The notes: generated from the sequence alone by a model not told the origin. A DNA stretch of 64,000 nucleotides from Candidatus Pseudoruminococcus merdavium (GCA_904419745.1 CAJFSS010000007.1:1-64000); one strand, 5' to 3'. Positions 8,947 through 20,381 are shown, counted from the first letter of the stretch. Numbers and translations are program-made.

Positions 8947-10209
8947 CTATTTTTTCAATTCCAGAATCGGAGATTCTTTTCCCTCCACGCAAGCAGGGGT
9001 AATCGTAACTTTGGCGACTTCCTCCTGAGAAGGAACATCAAACATGATTTCATTGAGGATTTCCTCCATAATAGAACGAAGGCCACGGGCGCCTGTTTTG
9101 CGCTCAATTGCCTTGCGCGCTACCATCCGAAGCGCTTCTGGCTCAAACTCCAGTTCCACCCCATCCAATCCAAGCAGCTTCTTATACTGTTTGAGGATGG
9201 CGTTTTTCGGCTGGGTCAATACCTTTACTAGGGCGTCTTCATCCAAATCCTCCAGAGTAGTAATCACCGGAAGACGGCCGACCAGCTCGGGAATTAAACC
9301 ATATTTGACAAGATCGTGCGGTGTGATTTCCTTAAGCGTCTTTGCCTGGGAGAGTTCTTCTTTACTGCGTACTTTGGCGCCAAAGCCAAGCGCACCGGAA
9401 TCCATCCGTTTTCCGATGACCTTTTCAATCCCGGCAAATGCGCCACCACAGATAAACAGGATGTTTGTCGTATCAATCTGGATAAACTCCTGCTGGGGAT
9501 GCTTTCTTCCTCCGGTCGGCGGAACATTGGAAACCGTTCCCTCCAAGATTTTCAGCAGGGCCTGCTGGACTCCTTCCCCGCTGACGTCGCGGGTGATGGA
9601 GGTGCTCTCCGATTTCCGGGAGATCTTGTCAATCTCATCGATATAGATAATACCGCGTTCCGCCTTCTCCACATCATAGTCGGCCGCCTGAATCAGGCGT
9701 AGAAGGATGTTTTCCACATCCTCACCGACATAACCTGCTTCTGTTAACGTAGTCGCATCGGCAATGGCAAAGGGGACTCCCAAAATCTTGGCGAGTGTCT
9801 GCGCAATAAAAGTCTTACCAACACCAGTCGGACCGACAAGCAGCACATTACTTTTTTGGATTTCCACATCGTCCTCATCCGGGGCGTTCATAATGCGCTT
9901 GTAGTGGTTGTAGACTGCAACAGAAAGCGCACGCTTTGCATCGTCCTGTCCGATAACATACTGATCCAGCTTTTCCTTAATTTCACGGGGTTTGAGTACC
10001 TGCATGTCGCCGTCATCCCCCTGCCCCATCCCAGAATGGTAATGGGAATCCTGTGCCAGAAGATTTTCTTCTTCCAGAATACTGTAGCATAGCTGGACAC
10101 ACTCGTCACAGATATACACACCCGGGCCGGCAATGAATTTTTTTGCTTCGTCCTGCGGCTTCCCGCAGAACGAACAGCGCACCGGCTTATTTTCATCATT
10201 TTTTATCAT
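8947..10209 (-). CDS. clpX: ATP-dependent Clp protease ATP-binding subunit ClpX
   Basis: N-terminal zinc-binding CSFCGK...CDEC, Walker [11 protein letters not shown], and ClpX length. An ATG at 10209 is preferred over the GTG at 10215. Confidence 0.95.
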   Translation of the reverse strand: MIKNDENKPVRCSFCGKPQDEAKKFIAGPGVYICDECVQLCYSILEEENLLAQDSHYHSGMGQGDDGDMQVLKPREIKEKLDQYVIGQDDAKRALSVAVYNHYKRIMNAPDEDDVEIQKSNVLLVGPTGVGKTFIAQTLAKILGVPFAIADATTLTEAGYVGEDVENILLRLIQAADYDVEKAERGIIYIDEIDKISRKSESTSITRDVSGEGVQQALLKILEGTVSNVPPTGGRKHPQQEFIQIDTTNILFICGGAFAGIEKVIGKRMDSGALGFGAKVRSKEELSQAKTLKEITPHDLVKYGLIPELVGRLPVITTLEDLDEDALVKVLTQPKNAILKQYKKLLGLDGVELEFEPEALRMVARKAIERKTGARGLRSIMEEILNEIMFDVPSQEEVAKVTITPACVEGKESPILELKK

Positions 10210-10239
10210 TTGCACACCAACTTATCTGGTTGTCTTTTC

Positions 10240-10824
10240 TTACCGTGAAGTAATTACTTTATCAATCAGGCCGTATTCCAGGGCCTGCTGCGCGGTCATA
10301 AAATTATCGCGCTCGGTATCCCGGTTGATGGTCTCCACTGGCTGTCCGGTGTATTCGGAAAGCATCTTATTGAGTTTCTCGCGGGTATGCACAATGTGAT
10401 CCGCATGGATTTTAATATCCGTCGCCTGTCCCTGGAGCCCACCGAGTAGCGGCTGGTGAATTAAGATTTCACTGTTTGGCAGCGCAAAACGCTTGCCCTT
10501 AGTACCGGAAGTCAACAGGAAAGAACCCATGGATGCCGCAAGCCCTACACAGATGGTAGAAACATCGCATTTGATATATTTCATGGTATCGTGGATCGCC
10601 ATTCCCGCGGTGATAGAACCGCCCGGGCTGTTGATATACAGGCTGATATCCTTTTCTGGATCCTGCCCTTCCAGGTAGAGCAACTGGGCTACCACCAAGC
10701 TCGCCGTTGCATCGTTTACTTCATCACAGAGCATGATAATCCTGTCGTTGAGCAATCTGGAAAAAATATCATAGGAGCGTTCCCCACGATCGGTTTGTTC
10801 TACTACCATTGGCACTAAGCTCAT
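10240..10824 (-). CDS. clpP: ATP-dependent Clp protease proteolytic subunit ClpP
   Basis: [25 protein letters not shown]... is the canonical ClpP N-terminus, and the catalytic Ser/His/Asp context is present. Ribosome-binding site GGAGGTG. Confidence 0.95.
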   Translation of the reverse strand: MSLVPMVVEQTDRGERSYDIFSRLLNDRIIMLCDEVNDATASLVVAQLLYLEGQDPEKDISLYINSPGGSITAGMAIHDTMKYIKCDVSTICVGLAASMGSFLLTSGTKGKRFALPNSEILIHQPLLGGLQGQATDIKIHADHIVHTREKLNKMLSEYTGQPVETINRDTERDNFMTAQQALEYGLIDKVITSR

Positions 10825-10865
10825 TTGTGTGCACCTCCACAATTTCTCAAAAGTTTCATCATAGT

Positions 10866-10899
10866 ATTTTTGTCAGGCAGAAAATCTGCCTGACAAAAA
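10866..10899. terminator. Intrinsic terminator between tig and clpP: ttgtcaggcag-aaaat-ctgcctgacaa flanked by T- and A-runs
   Basis: An 11 bp perfect stem with a T-run on one side and an A-run on the other. Confidence 0.75.
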
Positions 10900-10969
10900 A
10901 TAATTCTATGTATCAAGTTAAAACAGAGTATGAACAAGCTGAGAACAAACGAAAAACATCTTGCAGGGT

Positions 10970-12331
10970 TTATTTCTGCTCAGCGGTCTCTTCTGCTTCA
11001 GCCTTTTTCTTCGTTGTACGGCGGGTGGTCTTCTTTTTCCCATCCACAGTTTCTTTTACTTTTGCATTGTCTTTCACAAAATCGATTGCCTTGTTGACAA
11101 CAACATCCTTTTTCAAATCCTCCACTGGGATGAAGGTTTTGACTTTGTCTGCTTCCAGGCCATACTGTTCAGCCAATTTTGCATATTCCGCCTCAACTTC
11201 TTCTTCAGAAGCCTCGAGTTTTTCGTTTTCTGCAATCTTTTCCAGGGCAAGGCGAATCTTCACCTGACGCTCAGCCTGCTCACGGAAAGTCTTACGGAAG
11301 CTTTCCATCTCCATACCAGTGTACTGCAAATAGGTGTTGATATCCATACCCTGCATCTGCAAACGGTATTCGAAGTCGCCCACCATATTGTTGATGCTGT
11401 TCTCATACATTTCCTCTGGAATCTCCGCCTTGAGGTTCTCAATTACCGTGTCAATCAGCTTGTTTTCCAGATCATCCTGTGCAGCTTTATCGCTCTGCTC
11501 CTGGAGTTTCTTTTCCGTATCCTTTTTGAGCTCGTCAAGGGTATCAAACTCGCTGACATCCTTAACAAATTCATCGTCGAGTTCCGGAAGCTCACGGCTT
11601 CTCAGCTCGTGGAGTTTGCATTTGAAAACAGCCTCTTTGCCGGCAAGTTCTTTTGCATGATACTCTTCTGGGAAAGTGACATTGACATCGAACTCATCGC
11701 CGATATTGTGGCCGACAATCTGCTCCTCAAATCCCGGGATAAATTGGCCGGAACCAAGGGTTAACGGGTAGTTTTCACCTTTGCCGCCTTCAAACGCCTT
11801 GCCATCGACAAAACCTTCAAAATCGATCATAGCGCTGTCGCCGTTTTCTGCAGCTCTGTCTTCTACTGTAATAATTCTGGCATTTCTCTCACGGAGTCTT
11901 TCAATGGCCTCGTTGACCTCTTCTTCCGTGACCTTGTGCAAATCCTTGGTAGCCTCAATGCCTTTGTAGTTTTCCACTTCCACATCTTCCGGCTTTACAA
12001 CGACGTTTGCTTTGAACGTATAGCCGTCTTTGCTGATTTCCGTGATCTCTACTTGCGCTTCTGCAACAGGAGTGATGCCGGCAGCTTCGATTGCCTGTGC
12101 ATATGCATCCGGGTAAGACATATTGACAGCGTCCTCAAAGAACACACTCTCGCCATAGAGTTTCTCAATGAGATGGCGCGGAGCTTTTCCCTTTCTAAAA
12201 CCAGGGACAGTCATTTTTGGCGCGTTTTTCTTAAATGCTTTGGTAAGAGCTTCTTCAAACTGCTCTTTCTCTACTTTTACTTCCAATTCATAATGATTGG
12301 TTTCGGTTTTGTTCGCTGAGACTAAACTCAT
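10970..12331 (-). CDS. tig: trigger factor (peptidyl-prolyl isomerase Tig)
   Basis: FKBP-like PPIase core plus the ribosome-binding N-terminal motif (GFRKGKAPRHLIEK). Conserved tig-clpP-clpX gene order. The start at 12331 has the ribosome-binding site AGGAGGA. Confidence 0.95.
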   Translation of the reverse strand: MSLVSANKTETNHYELEVKVEKEQFEEALTKAFKKNAPKMTVPGFRKGKAPRHLIEKLYGESVFFEDAVNMSYPDAYAQAIEAAGITPVAEAQVEITEISKDGYTFKANVVVKPEDVEVENYKGIEATKDLHKVTEEEVNEAIERLRERNARIITVEDRAAENGDSAMIDFEGFVDGKAFEGGKGENYPLTLGSGQFIPGFEEQIVGHNIGDEFDVNVTFPEEYHAKELAGKEAVFKCKLHELRSRELPELDDEFVKDVSEFDTLDELKKDTEKKLQEQSDKAAQDDLENKLIDTVIENLKAEIPEEMYENSINNMVGDFEYRLQMQGMDINTYLQYTGMEMESFRKTFREQAERQVKIRLALEKIAENEKLEASEEEVEAEYAKLAEQYGLEADKVKTFIPVEDLKKDVVVNKAIDFVKDNAKVKETVDGKKKTTRRTTKKKAEAEETAEQK

Positions 12332-12418
12332 GTTGACATCCTCCTGTTTTGAAAACAATCTATCCTGGCTATTATAGCACAGAGTTTCTTAAAATTCCAC
12401 CATTTTTTTCAATCCATA

Positions 12419-13126
12419 CTATCTGTCGCTATTTTCCCCTGACGGCACCAGAATTGGGGTGAATTTCAGGTAATCTGCGGAAACAAGCCGGAAATGAATT
12501 CCTCCATATTCCCCCTGAAAAGCATACTGCGCGCCGGAGCCGTGAATATGCCCGTAAAAACAGCGTTTTACACCATAGCGGCGCATCACTTCCAGCATTT
12601 CCTCACAGCAGTTGTTCTGGTAAACCGGAGGATAATGGAGAAAGGCCACCGGTTCTTTTCCGGTTTTAGCGCCCTCTTTCAAAGATGTTTCCAGCCTGCC
12701 GACTTCCCGCAGGTATACTTTGTGGTTGTGTTCTTCTTCACTGTCAAGCATCCAGCCCCGGGAACCGCAGACAGCAATTTCTCCTGTCTCAGCGCAGTTA
12801 TTATGAATGATTTTCAGGCTGTTTAATCCGTTTTGCTCAAAAAAACGGCTCATTTTTGATGCAGTGGAAAACCAGTAGTCGTGGTTACCCTTAATAATCA
12901 GCTTGTGCCCGGGCAGTGCATCCAAAAACCGGAAATCTACCAGCGCCTGTTCCATGGACATACCCCAGGAGATATCCCCTGCAAGCACGACGGTATCCTC
13001 AGGATCTATCAGTCTTTCCCAGTTTTCCTGAATCCGTTCGACATAGTTTTCCCACCCCGAAAAAATATCCATTGGTTTCGTCCCATCCAGGGACAGGTGT
13101 AAATCCGCAATGGTAAAGACTTTCAA
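12419..13126 (-). CDS. metallophosphoesterase (calcineurin-like phosphoesterase)
   Basis: Motifs DLHLS, GDISWG and GNHDYW. TTG start with the ribosome-binding site GAGGGG. Confidence 0.8.
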   Translation of the reverse strand: MKVFTIADLHLSLDGTKPMDIFSGWENYVERIQENWERLIDPEDTVVLAGDISWGMSMEQALVDFRFLDALPGHKLIIKGNHDYWFSTASKMSRFFEQNGLNSLKIIHNNCAETGEIAVCGSRGWMLDSEEEHNHKVYLREVGRLETSLKEGAKTGKEPVAFLHYPPVYQNNCCEEMLEVMRRYGVKRCFYGHIHGSGAQYAFQGEYGGIHFRLVSADYLKFTPILVPSGENSDR

Positions 13127-13157
13127 CCCTTCCCCTCACTTTCCAAAAAACTGCCGG

Positions 13158-14078
13158 TTATTTGACATTCCGAACGAAAAATTCGTAGGCATTGTCGTAG
13201 AAAATCTTATGAACTAGCTTTTCCGGATAATTTTTACGCAACATGGCGTTTGCAAGGTTTTCCACCTTTTCAATAGAATCCAGATTCGGTTCAATTTCCG
13301 CGCCGTCAAAATCACTTCCCATTGCGAGGATATCTTCCCCGCCCAGGGAAAGAAAGTGATCCGCATGGCCTACCAAATCGTCGATGGTTCCATATTTGCT
13401 GATGAACCCTTTATAAAAATTCAAACCCACCAGACCGCCCCGCTCCCGGATGAGTGCAAACTGGTCATCCGTCAAGTTACGACGATGTGGATAAACGGCG
13501 AAAGAATTGGAATGCGTGGCAATGAAGGGCTTGGAGTAGCATTCAGCTGCCTCATAGAAAGTGCGCTCACTTGCATGAGAAACATCCAGAACCATTCCAA
13601 CGCGCTCCATCTCGCTCAAAGCGACCTTACCCAAAGCTGTCAACCCTTGGTTTGACATTGCACCGCCCGCCAACAGCGTGGGGTTGTTCCAGGTAAGCGA
13701 GGCAATCCGCACTCCTGCTTTATAGTAGCGTTCAATGGTAGACATGTCGTCCCCAAACGCACGCCCATTTTCTATGGAGAGCACCGCAGCAAACCGACCT
13801 GACTGTGCCGCCTGTTCTATATCTTCTCCATTGGTACACTTGACCACCAGGTCTTTATTGATCTCCATCTGTTCATGGAAATATGCAAGATACTCCGTTA
13901 CATAGTCCAGCGCCTGATTTGCCTCCACCGTATCCGGGACATAAACGGCATAGGTCTGGCACCATTTGTTCAAACATCTGCCCTTTTCCAGAGAAATATG
14001 CATGGAATTTTTACGCAGCCCCTCCATTTTCCGGTGTGCAAAAACAATGGTGTCACAGTGCAAATCAAAAAAATTCAT
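13158..14078 (-). CDS. membrane dipeptidase (peptidase family M19)
   Basis: N-terminal DLHCD motif and M19 dipeptidase architecture. The start was set at MNFFDLHCD, which has the ribosome-binding site GGAGGGA. Confidence 0.85.
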   Translation of the reverse strand: MNFFDLHCDTIVFAHRKMEGLRKNSMHISLEKGRCLNKWCQTYAVYVPDTVEANQALDYVTEYLAYFHEQMEINKDLVVKCTNGEDIEQAAQSGRFAAVLSIENGRAFGDDMSTIERYYKAGVRIASLTWNNPTLLAGGAMSNQGLTALGKVALSEMERVGMVLDVSHASERTFYEAAECYSKPFIATHSNSFAVYPHRRNLTDDQFALIRERGGLVGLNFYKGFISKYGTIDDLVGHADHFLSLGGEDILAMGSDFDGAEIEPNLDSIEKVENLANAMLRKNYPEKLVHKIFYDNAYEFFVRNVK

Positions 14079-14155
14079 CAAATCCCTCCTACCCTGCTTT
14101 TCTATGTGTAATTTATCTTTATTACGCAAAAGGCCTCTGCATGCACAGTCCTTTT

Positions 14156-14524
14156 TCATCCCGCGTCAAAGGCATTTTTTAGATAATGCATCTGCTTTAC
14201 GGCAAAAATCTCTCCCGGATATAAAACAACCTCTGCCACATCAAAGCGGGGCGTCAGCGCTGGCCGCTCCTGTTTCAGATACTCTTGCGCACAGCGGATC
14301 AGGCGCTCCCGTTTTGTCTTTGTAACTGCCTCTCTGGGAGCATAAAGAGAGTTCGCCCTCCTCGCCTTGACTTCCACAAAGGCTAGGCAGTTCCCATCCT
14401 TGACAATCAGATCAATCTCTCCGCCGCGGATGGTAAAATTGCGCCGCAGGATTTCGCAGCCACGCTGCACAAGATAGCGGGCGACATATTCCTCCGCCGC
14501 TCTCCCACGGCCGACCGACTTCAC
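14156..14524 (-). CDS. yraN: YraN family protein (UPF0102, predicted endonuclease)
   Basis: 122 aa, [21 protein letters not shown]...EIDLI..., the classic UPF0102 pattern. The GTG start overlaps the rnhB stop as GTGA. Confidence 0.85.
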   Translation of the reverse strand: MKSVGRGRAAEEYVARYLVQRGCEILRRNFTIRGGEIDLIVKDGNCLAFVEVKARRANSLYAPREAVTKTKRERLIRCAQEYLKQERPALTPRFDVAEVVLYPGEIFAVKQMHYLKNAFDAG

Positions 14525-15132
14525 TTAGATTCCCCCAGGTATTTTTTCAGAAAGCTTCTGCGGTGGACTTCACTCACGCCATATTCATCCAGCCGTTCAT
14601 AGTGGAGTTTTGTCCCGTATCCCTTGTGCTTTGCAAAGGCATATTGCGGATACTTTTCATCTAACTCCAGCATGTAGCGATCCCGGCTGACTTTGGCAAG
14701 GATTGAAGCGGCGGCAATGGAGGCCGACGTCCCATCCCCTTTTACCACAAGTTTCGTATCACACCCAAGGCCAGGATCACGGTTACCATCCACCAATGCA
14801 AGTGCGGCGGGGCGATCCATTCCCTGATAGGCGCGCCGCATCGCAAGGAAGGTTGCCTGCAAAATATTGAGCGTATCGATCTCCTGTTCGCTAGCACTGG
14901 CCACCGAATAGGCAAGCGCCTTTTCGGTAATCTCTGTAAAGAGCGCCTCCCGGCGCTTTTCTGTTAGCTTTTTAGAGTCGTTAAGCCCTTCAATTGGGCG
15001 TTCCGGATCGAGAATCACACAGGCGGCAAATACCGGGCCGGCCAGAGGCCCCCTGCCCGCCTCGTCAATCCCGCATAAACAAGAAATCCCCTGTGCACGC
15101 AAAGCAGCGTCAAATTCGTCAAGTCTGCTCAT
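14521..15132 (-). CDS. rnhB: ribonuclease HII
   Basis: [14 protein letters not shown] active-site motif. The start is at MSRLDEF, which has the ribosome-binding site GGAGGAG. Confidence 0.95.
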   Translation of the reverse strand: MSRLDEFDAALRAQGISCLCGIDEAGRGPLAGPVFAACVILDPERPIEGLNDSKKLTEKRREALFTEITEKALAYSVASASEQEIDTLNILQATFLAMRRAYQGMDRPAALALVDGNRDPGLGCDTKLVVKGDGTSASIAAASILAKVSRDRYMLELDEKYPQYAFAKHKGYGTKLHYERLDEYGVSEVHRRSFLKKYLGESK

Positions 15133-16039
15133 GGATATTCTCCTCCGGTGGCCGTTCCAGGGTGATGCGTCCAATTTTTCCGCTGCGGAATTCATCAAGC
15201 AGCATAATCGCCGCACGGTCGACGTCAATCTCCCCGCCGGAGATCAGCATTCCGCGTTTTTTTCCAATCTGCTCGAGCAGCGCGTAAGGGGAAATCTCCA
15301 CTAGATCCCCTTCCAGTTTGTAGCGTGCCTTGAGCAGATTCGGGTATTCGCGCTGCAACACCATCAGCAGGCGCATAGCGAGCATGGTCAAATCCAGTAT
15401 ATCATCCTTGACCGCACCGGTGAAGGCCAGGTTTTCCCCAGCCAATCTGTCCTCAAATTTTGGCCAGAGGACGCCCGGCATATCCAGCAAATCCAGATTT
15501 TCGTCAATCTTCACCCACTGCTTGCCACGTGTGACGCCCGGGCGATCTTCTACTTTCGCCCTCTTGGATTTTGCCATGCGGTTGATAAAAGAGGATTTTC
15601 CCACATTGGGGACGCCCACCACCATCATGGAAAGCTTGGCAGTCATGCCCTTTGCCCTGCGTTTGGCAATCACCTCGTCGAGCGTACGGTATACAGTTGG
15701 AAGAAGTTGGTTTAACCCCGCCCCATTTTTGCAATCCACAGCAAGCGCGGGAATCCCTTTTGCCTTGTAATAGGAAAGCCATTGGACAGTTACTTCCCTA
15801 TCTGCGGAATCGCTCTTGTTGAGCAGGATGATCCGCGGCTTTTTGCCCACAATCCGATCGATTTCTGGATTACGGCTGCTCTGGGGAATCCGGGCGTCTG
15901 TGATCTCTACAACAATATCCACATATTTCAGGTTTTCCTGCATCAGGCGGCGTGTTTTCGCCATATGGCCTGGAAACCACTGAATCATCGGCACGTCGCT
16001 GACTGGAGCGTCGTAATTTATCATCAGTTCCTCATCCAT
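15119..16039 (-). CDS. rbgA: ribosome biogenesis GTPase A (RbgA/YlqF)
   Basis: QWFPGHMAK signature and a circularly permuted GTPase. Ribosome-binding site AGGAGGGGAGAAC. Conserved lepB-rbgA-rnhB gene order. Confidence 0.9.
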   Translation of the reverse strand: MDEELMINYDAPVSDVPMIQWFPGHMAKTRRLMQENLKYVDIVVEITDARIPQSSRNPEIDRIVGKKPRIILLNKSDSADREVTVQWLSYYKAKGIPALAVDCKNGAGLNQLLPTVYRTLDEVIAKRRAKGMTAKLSMMVVGVPNVGKSSFINRMAKSKRAKVEDRPGVTRGKQWVKIDENLDLLDMPGVLWPKFEDRLAGENLAFTGAVKDDILDLTMLAMRLLMVLQREYPNLLKARYKLEGDLVEISPYALLEQIGKKRGMLISGGEIDVDRAAIMLLDEFRSGKIGRITLERPPEENIHEQT

Positions 16040-16050
16040 GTTCTCCCCTC

Positions 16051-16602
16051 CTATTTACCGGAAAACATCTGGTACACCACGGTGCCCAGGACATAGCGTT
16101 CATCAATCTGTCCGATCTCAGAAAAACGGCTGTCCAGCGAATGATTGCGGTTGTCCCCCAGCACAAAGACCTTTCCTTCTTCCACGGTCAGTGGGAACTG
16201 CATGTCTCCACTCTTCATGGGGCGAGCATCTAAGTGCGCATAGGGCTCCGCGACAGCCTGCCCGTCCACATAGAGTTGTCCTGTCTGAAAATCGAAATCC
16301 ACTACCTGTCCTTCGGTAGCAACCACGCGCTTGATGATCGGCTCGTTGCGGGAATTGGGTTTAGTAATGACAACCACATCCCCTGCTTTTGGGGATTGTC
16401 CTAACAGCGCATTGTAGGTAGAAATTATCAGGTTATCCTTATCATGTAGGGTCGGATACATAGAAGTCCCGCTGACATAGACCGGCCTGCCAACAAAGAC
16501 AAACAGGATTGCCACTGCAATAATGGCAAACGCAAAGATTTCGATATGCTCAAAAATATCAAAGGGTTCTTTGGCGGTTTGCAATTTTGGTTCTTTTTCC
16601 AT
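16051..16602 (-). CDS. lepB: signal peptidase I
   Basis: Catalytic Ser motif GTSMYPTL and Lys-box VLGDNRNHSLDSR. Confidence 0.9.
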   Translation of the reverse strand: MEKEPKLQTAKEPFDIFEHIEIFAFAIIAVAILFVFVGRPVYVSGTSMYPTLHDKDNLIISTYNALLGQSPKAGDVVVITKPNSRNEPIIKRVVATEGQVVDFDFQTGQLYVDGQAVAEPYAHLDARPMKSGDMQFPLTVEEGKVFVLGDNRNHSLDSRFSEIGQIDERYVLGTVVYQMFSGK

Positions 16603-16719
16603 ATGGCATATCTTCCTTTCCCAGGGAATTATGCAGGGAGCAGATTTCTCCTGCGGCAAAAACATTGTGATAGCAAAAAAAGGGACATGATTGTCCCTTT
16701 TTCTGTGTGCATTTTGAAA

Positions 16720-17064
16720 TTAGCGAATTGCCTCTTTGACCTTGGCAGCTTTACCCACTCTGTCTCTGAGATAATAGAGTTTGCTTCTGCGGACACGGCC
16801 TTTACGGATGGTCTCGACTTTTTCAATGTTCGGGGAATGGATCGGGAAAACCCTTTCCACGCCGACGCCGTAAGAAACGCGGCGGACGGTGAAGGTTTCA
16901 GAGATACCACCGTGCTTTCTTGCGATAACCGTTCCCTCGAAAGCCTGGATTCTCTCTCTTTCTCCCTCTTTGATTTTGACATGTACCCGGACAGTATCGC
17001 CGACTTTGACCTCCGGCAGTTCTGCTTTCAGGCAGCTTTCAGACATGTGTTTGAGTGCATCCAT
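16720..17064 (-). CDS. rplS: 50S ribosomal protein L19
   Basis: 114 aa with strong identity to bacterial L19 ([23 protein letters not shown]...[20 protein letters not shown]). Confidence 0.97.
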   Translation of the reverse strand: MDALKHMSESCLKAELPEVKVGDTVRVHVKIKEGERERIQAFEGTVIARKHGGISETFTVRRVSYGVGVERVFPIHSPNIEKVETIRKGRVRRSKLYYLRDRVGKAAKVKEAIR

Positions 17065-17250
17065 TTCTAATTTCCTCCTGTTTTTCAGACGTTCATTCCC
17101 GGATATTCCCGGCAGAGGACCGCCCGCTTTGATTGTCGTGACCCTTTAAAAAGAGTCTGGCATCAAACCCCTGTACGCCCAAAAGGGCGCAGCAGGCCTA
17201 ATTAAATGCGAAAATATGATACCACAGGACGCTTTAAATTGCAAGCAAAA

Positions 17251-17904
17251 TCAGCAAAACGGTTCAAAATCGGCAGTATAGACAGCCGTACGGGAGACAG
17301 ACACCCTATCGAGCGGGCAGTTTGCATATTCCGCAAACGCACCGAGCAGGAGCATGGGGTTGACAGTCTTTTCATTGCCAGAGGGCAGCAGCACGGTCAG
17401 TTGCAACGCCCCACCCGATTCCTCCACTGTCTCTAAATTGATATCTGGACGCAGATCCACCTGCTTTTCTCCTCGCTTAGATTTTTTCATCACCAAAATC
17501 TGCGGCTGTGCAAAAAAGCGTTCAAACACCTCTTTGGACTGCGCACAGCCCGAAAGCCGGACGTCCAACACATACCGAGAATAAGCGATCATATTCGCCT
17601 TTTTTACCGGCTCGGCGCATTTTGTCACAAAAATCCCTTCCGGGAGGACGCGGTTTAACCGCTCTTTTATCTCCTCATAGGGCATCGGCTGCGTCAGGCG
17701 GATGTCCATCGTCTCGCACAGACTCTCAAACCCAAGCGAAATCGGCAGTGCAAAGGTCATATAGACGTGGGGATTAAACCCCTCCGTGTACCATACCGGA
17801 ATTCCGGCCCGGCGAAGCGCGCGTTTCATACAGCGGGTCATGTCCAGATGGGAGATGTATTTCCCTCTCCCGGTCTTTTGATAAAACACTCTAACAGTTT
17901 CCAA
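17251..17904 (-). CDS. TIGR03936-family radical SAM-associated protein (DUF2344)
   Basis: 217 aa starting METVRVFYQKTGRGKYISHLDMTRCMKRALRRAGIPVWYTEGFNPH. It overlaps the upstream TIGR03960-type radical SAM gene. Confidence 0.75.
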   Translation of the reverse strand: METVRVFYQKTGRGKYISHLDMTRCMKRALRRAGIPVWYTEGFNPHVYMTFALPISLGFESLCETMDIRLTQPMPYEEIKERLNRVLPEGIFVTKCAEPVKKANMIAYSRYVLDVRLSGCAQSKEVFERFFAQPQILVMKKSKRGEKQVDLRPDINLETVEESGGALQLTVLLPSGNEKTVNPMLLLGAFAEYANCPLDRVSVSRTAVYTADFEPFC

Positions 17905-19738
17905 AACAGGGTCCTCCCATCAGGCGGTTTGCGCCGCAGCCTGCGCACTGCTGGCGACAGTGCGGCGTCGTCTTGCTGGCGTAGGCTTTTTCGCGTTCTT
18001 TCCACAAAAAGGATTTGTCCACCGCGTAATCCAGGTGATCCCAAGGGAAAATCTCGTCTTTTTCACGTACCCTGGCGGCATAGAAATCCGGGTCTAACCC
18101 GCATTCTTTGATGGTCTCCACCCAGGTATCATAGCGATAATATTCGTCCCAACCGTCAAATTTGCATCCCTTTTTCCACGCCCGGTAGAGCACCTCTCCC
18201 AGGCGTCGGTCACCGCGGGCAAATACCGCCTCAATCCGACTGACTTTCATGTCGTGGTACTTGGCGTTAATTTTCTTAGTACGAATACTGGAAACCAGGT
18301 GATGCTGTTTTTCGAGTACCGTCTCAAAGGTATCCTGCGCGTCCCATTGGAACGGAGTAAATGGTTTGGGCACAAAAGTAGAGGCACTAACCGTCACTGT
18401 GACGCCTTTGCCCTTTGGACGGTTCGGCATATGGTAAAAGGTATCGACGACCTTCTGAGCAAGTTCTGCGATCCCGGCGACGTCTTCCATCGTCTCCGTC
18501 GGCAAGCCGATCATAAAGTAAAGTTTCATCGCCGTATACCCGCCCTGAAAAGCCGTCAACGCGGTGTCGAGCACTTCTTCTTCGGTGACATTTTTGTTGA
18601 TGGCGTCGCGCAAGCGCTGGGTTCCCGCCTCCGGAGCAAAAGTCAGACCGCTCTTTCGCACCCGTTTGATTTTTTCCAGCAGGCTTTCAGAGAAATTATC
18701 CACCCGTAGCGATGGAAGCGAAAGATTGACCCTTCCCTTCTCCGACCAGGACAGCAAGGTGTCCATCAGTTCCTCCAGCTTAGAGTAGTCGCTTGTGGAC
18801 AGTGAGGACAGGGAGATCTCATCATAGCCCGTGGTGTCGCACAGGCTTTTACAGTCACGGTCAATGGTGCCCGGTTTCTTTTCCCGCAGCGGCCGGTAGA
18901 TAAATCCCGCCTGGCAGAACCGGCATCCGCGGATACATCCGCGCAGTACTTCCACCATAGCGCGATCATGGACTACTTCAATGTTGGGGACAATGAAACT
19001 TTCCGGCGTAAAGACCTTGTCGAAATCCCGGATAATGCGCTTTTTCACAACGGCAGGGGCCTCAGGGTCGTTGATAACCTCCCTGATTGTACCGTCCTCA
19101 TGGTACTGTACCTGGTACAGAGAGGGAACATAGACGCCTTCTATCTTTGCGGCACGCTTTAAAAACTCCGCTTTGGAAAATCCCTCCCGTTTTGCCACGG
19201 AATATGCTTCCAGCAGCTCCAGCATGACTTCTTCTCCTTCGCCGAGCATGAACAGGTCTATAAAATCCGCCAGAGGTTCCGGGTTGCAGGCGCAGGGGCC
19301 TCCCGCCACGACCAGCGGAGCAAGAGAATCGCGCTCGCATGCCCGCACCGGGATTTTCGCCAGATCCAGCATGTTGAGCACATTGGTATAGGACATCTCA
19401 TATTGCAGCGTAAAACCGACGATGTCAAAGTTTGCCACCGGCTCCAGGTTTTCCAGCGTATATAGAGGAATGCCATGCGCCCTCATCTGTTCTTCCATGT
19501 CCACCCAAGGGGCAAAAACCCGCTCGCAGCACATGTTGTCCTGTGCGTTGATGAGAGAATAAAGGATCTTCATGCCCAGATGGGACATGCCAACTTCATA
19601 GGTATCTGGGAAGCAAAAGGCGAATTTTACATCCATTTTGGAAAGATCCTTCTTGACGCTGTTGACCTCTCCGCCGATGTAACGCCCCGGCTTTTGCACC
19701 TGCATTAAAATCTGTTCGAGCTGTTGTGAAATATCCAT
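17891..19738 (-). CDS. TIGR03960-family B12-binding-domain radical SAM protein
   Basis: 615 aa with a radical SAM Cys cluster CIRGCRFCQAG and an N-terminal B12-binding-like domain. It is the partner of the TIGR03936 gene. Confidence 0.8.
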   Translation of the reverse strand: MDISQQLEQILMQVQKPGRYIGGEVNSVKKDLSKMDVKFAFCFPDTYEVGMSHLGMKILYSLINAQDNMCCERVFAPWVDMEEQMRAHGIPLYTLENLEPVANFDIVGFTLQYEMSYTNVLNMLDLAKIPVRACERDSLAPLVVAGGPCACNPEPLADFIDLFMLGEGEEVMLELLEAYSVAKREGFSKAEFLKRAAKIEGVYVPSLYQVQYHEDGTIREVINDPEAPAVVKKRIIRDFDKVFTPESFIVPNIEVVHDRAMVEVLRGCIRGCRFCQAGFIYRPLREKKPGTIDRDCKSLCDTTGYDEISLSSLSTSDYSKLEELMDTLLSWSEKGRVNLSLPSLRVDNFSESLLEKIKRVRKSGLTFAPEAGTQRLRDAINKNVTEEEVLDTALTAFQGGYTAMKLYFMIGLPTETMEDVAGIAELAQKVVDTFYHMPNRPKGKGVTVTVSASTFVPKPFTPFQWDAQDTFETVLEKQHHLVSSIRTKKINAKYHDMKVSRIEAVFARGDRRLGEVLYRAWKKGCKFDGWDEYYRYDTWVETIKECGLDPDFYAARVREKDEIFPWDHLDYAVDKSFLWKEREKAYASKTTPHCRQQCAGCGANRLMGGPCFGNC

Positions 19739-20231
19739 CGTTTCGCCCCTTTATCTCGCAAAAAACAATTGTATCCTTAGTTTCGGTTTTCAGGCAATCC
19801 CTGTTGAAAAGCGATCTATAAAACCAAAACGGTCGCCACATCCTTGCAAATAGTACTGGAGTCATTGGCAAACCGCATTTCAAGCGATTTGCCCTTCTAC
19901 TTTCCTGTCTGCAGAGTAAAACCGTACTTTGGGGTTATGATACCATATCTCTCCTCTTTCTGCAAATGACAAAACAGAGAAAATCCTCCTTCTATCGAAT
20001 CCTGTTCCCGCTTTCCATGTAATTTCTCCATCTCATATCAGCGGCAATTCCACAAAACTTCCGGGCTTTCGGTAGCCTCCGCTTGGTATTCCAATCCTTC
20101 CGTTCACTGCTTCGCCGTATTCTACTATAGAGAATTTCCGTCTCTGCATGGAAAATCCCCCATCCCTCTTTTTTCAGAGGAACGGGGAATGGCTTCCAAA
20201 AATACGCACAGAAGTTCCCAAATTAGCTTAA

Positions 20232-20381
20232 TCACAACACCAACCACAATGCCTGCACCGTTCGCATTGATAATACCGTAAATTTTTCTAGGTTCTCCAT
20301 CCTGCTTTTCTTTATATAAAGAGTAAATCCTGGCCCCAGAATCAACAGTCCTATGAGGAACGCCACCGCGTTATACATCAT
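20232..20381 (-). CDS. Putative 49-aa small membrane protein, translationally coupled to the P1B ATPase: MMYNAVAFLIGLLILGPGFTLYIKKSRMENLEKFTVLSMRTVQALWLVL
   Basis: Its ATG overlaps the ATPase TGA stop as ATGA. It has one clear hydrophobic helix. Short and unverified. Confidence 0.3.
   Translation of the reverse strand: MMYNAVAFLIGLLILGPGFTLYIKKSRMENLEKFTVLSMRTVQALWLVL

Noticed and set aside
17065-17250. A possible ribosomal-protein L19 leader RNA, or a terminator, in the 186 bp upstream of rplS
   Set aside because: A CGCCC-aaaa-GGGCG hairpin is present, but without a U-tract. I could not match the L19 leader consensus by eye. A covariance-model scan is needed before calling it.
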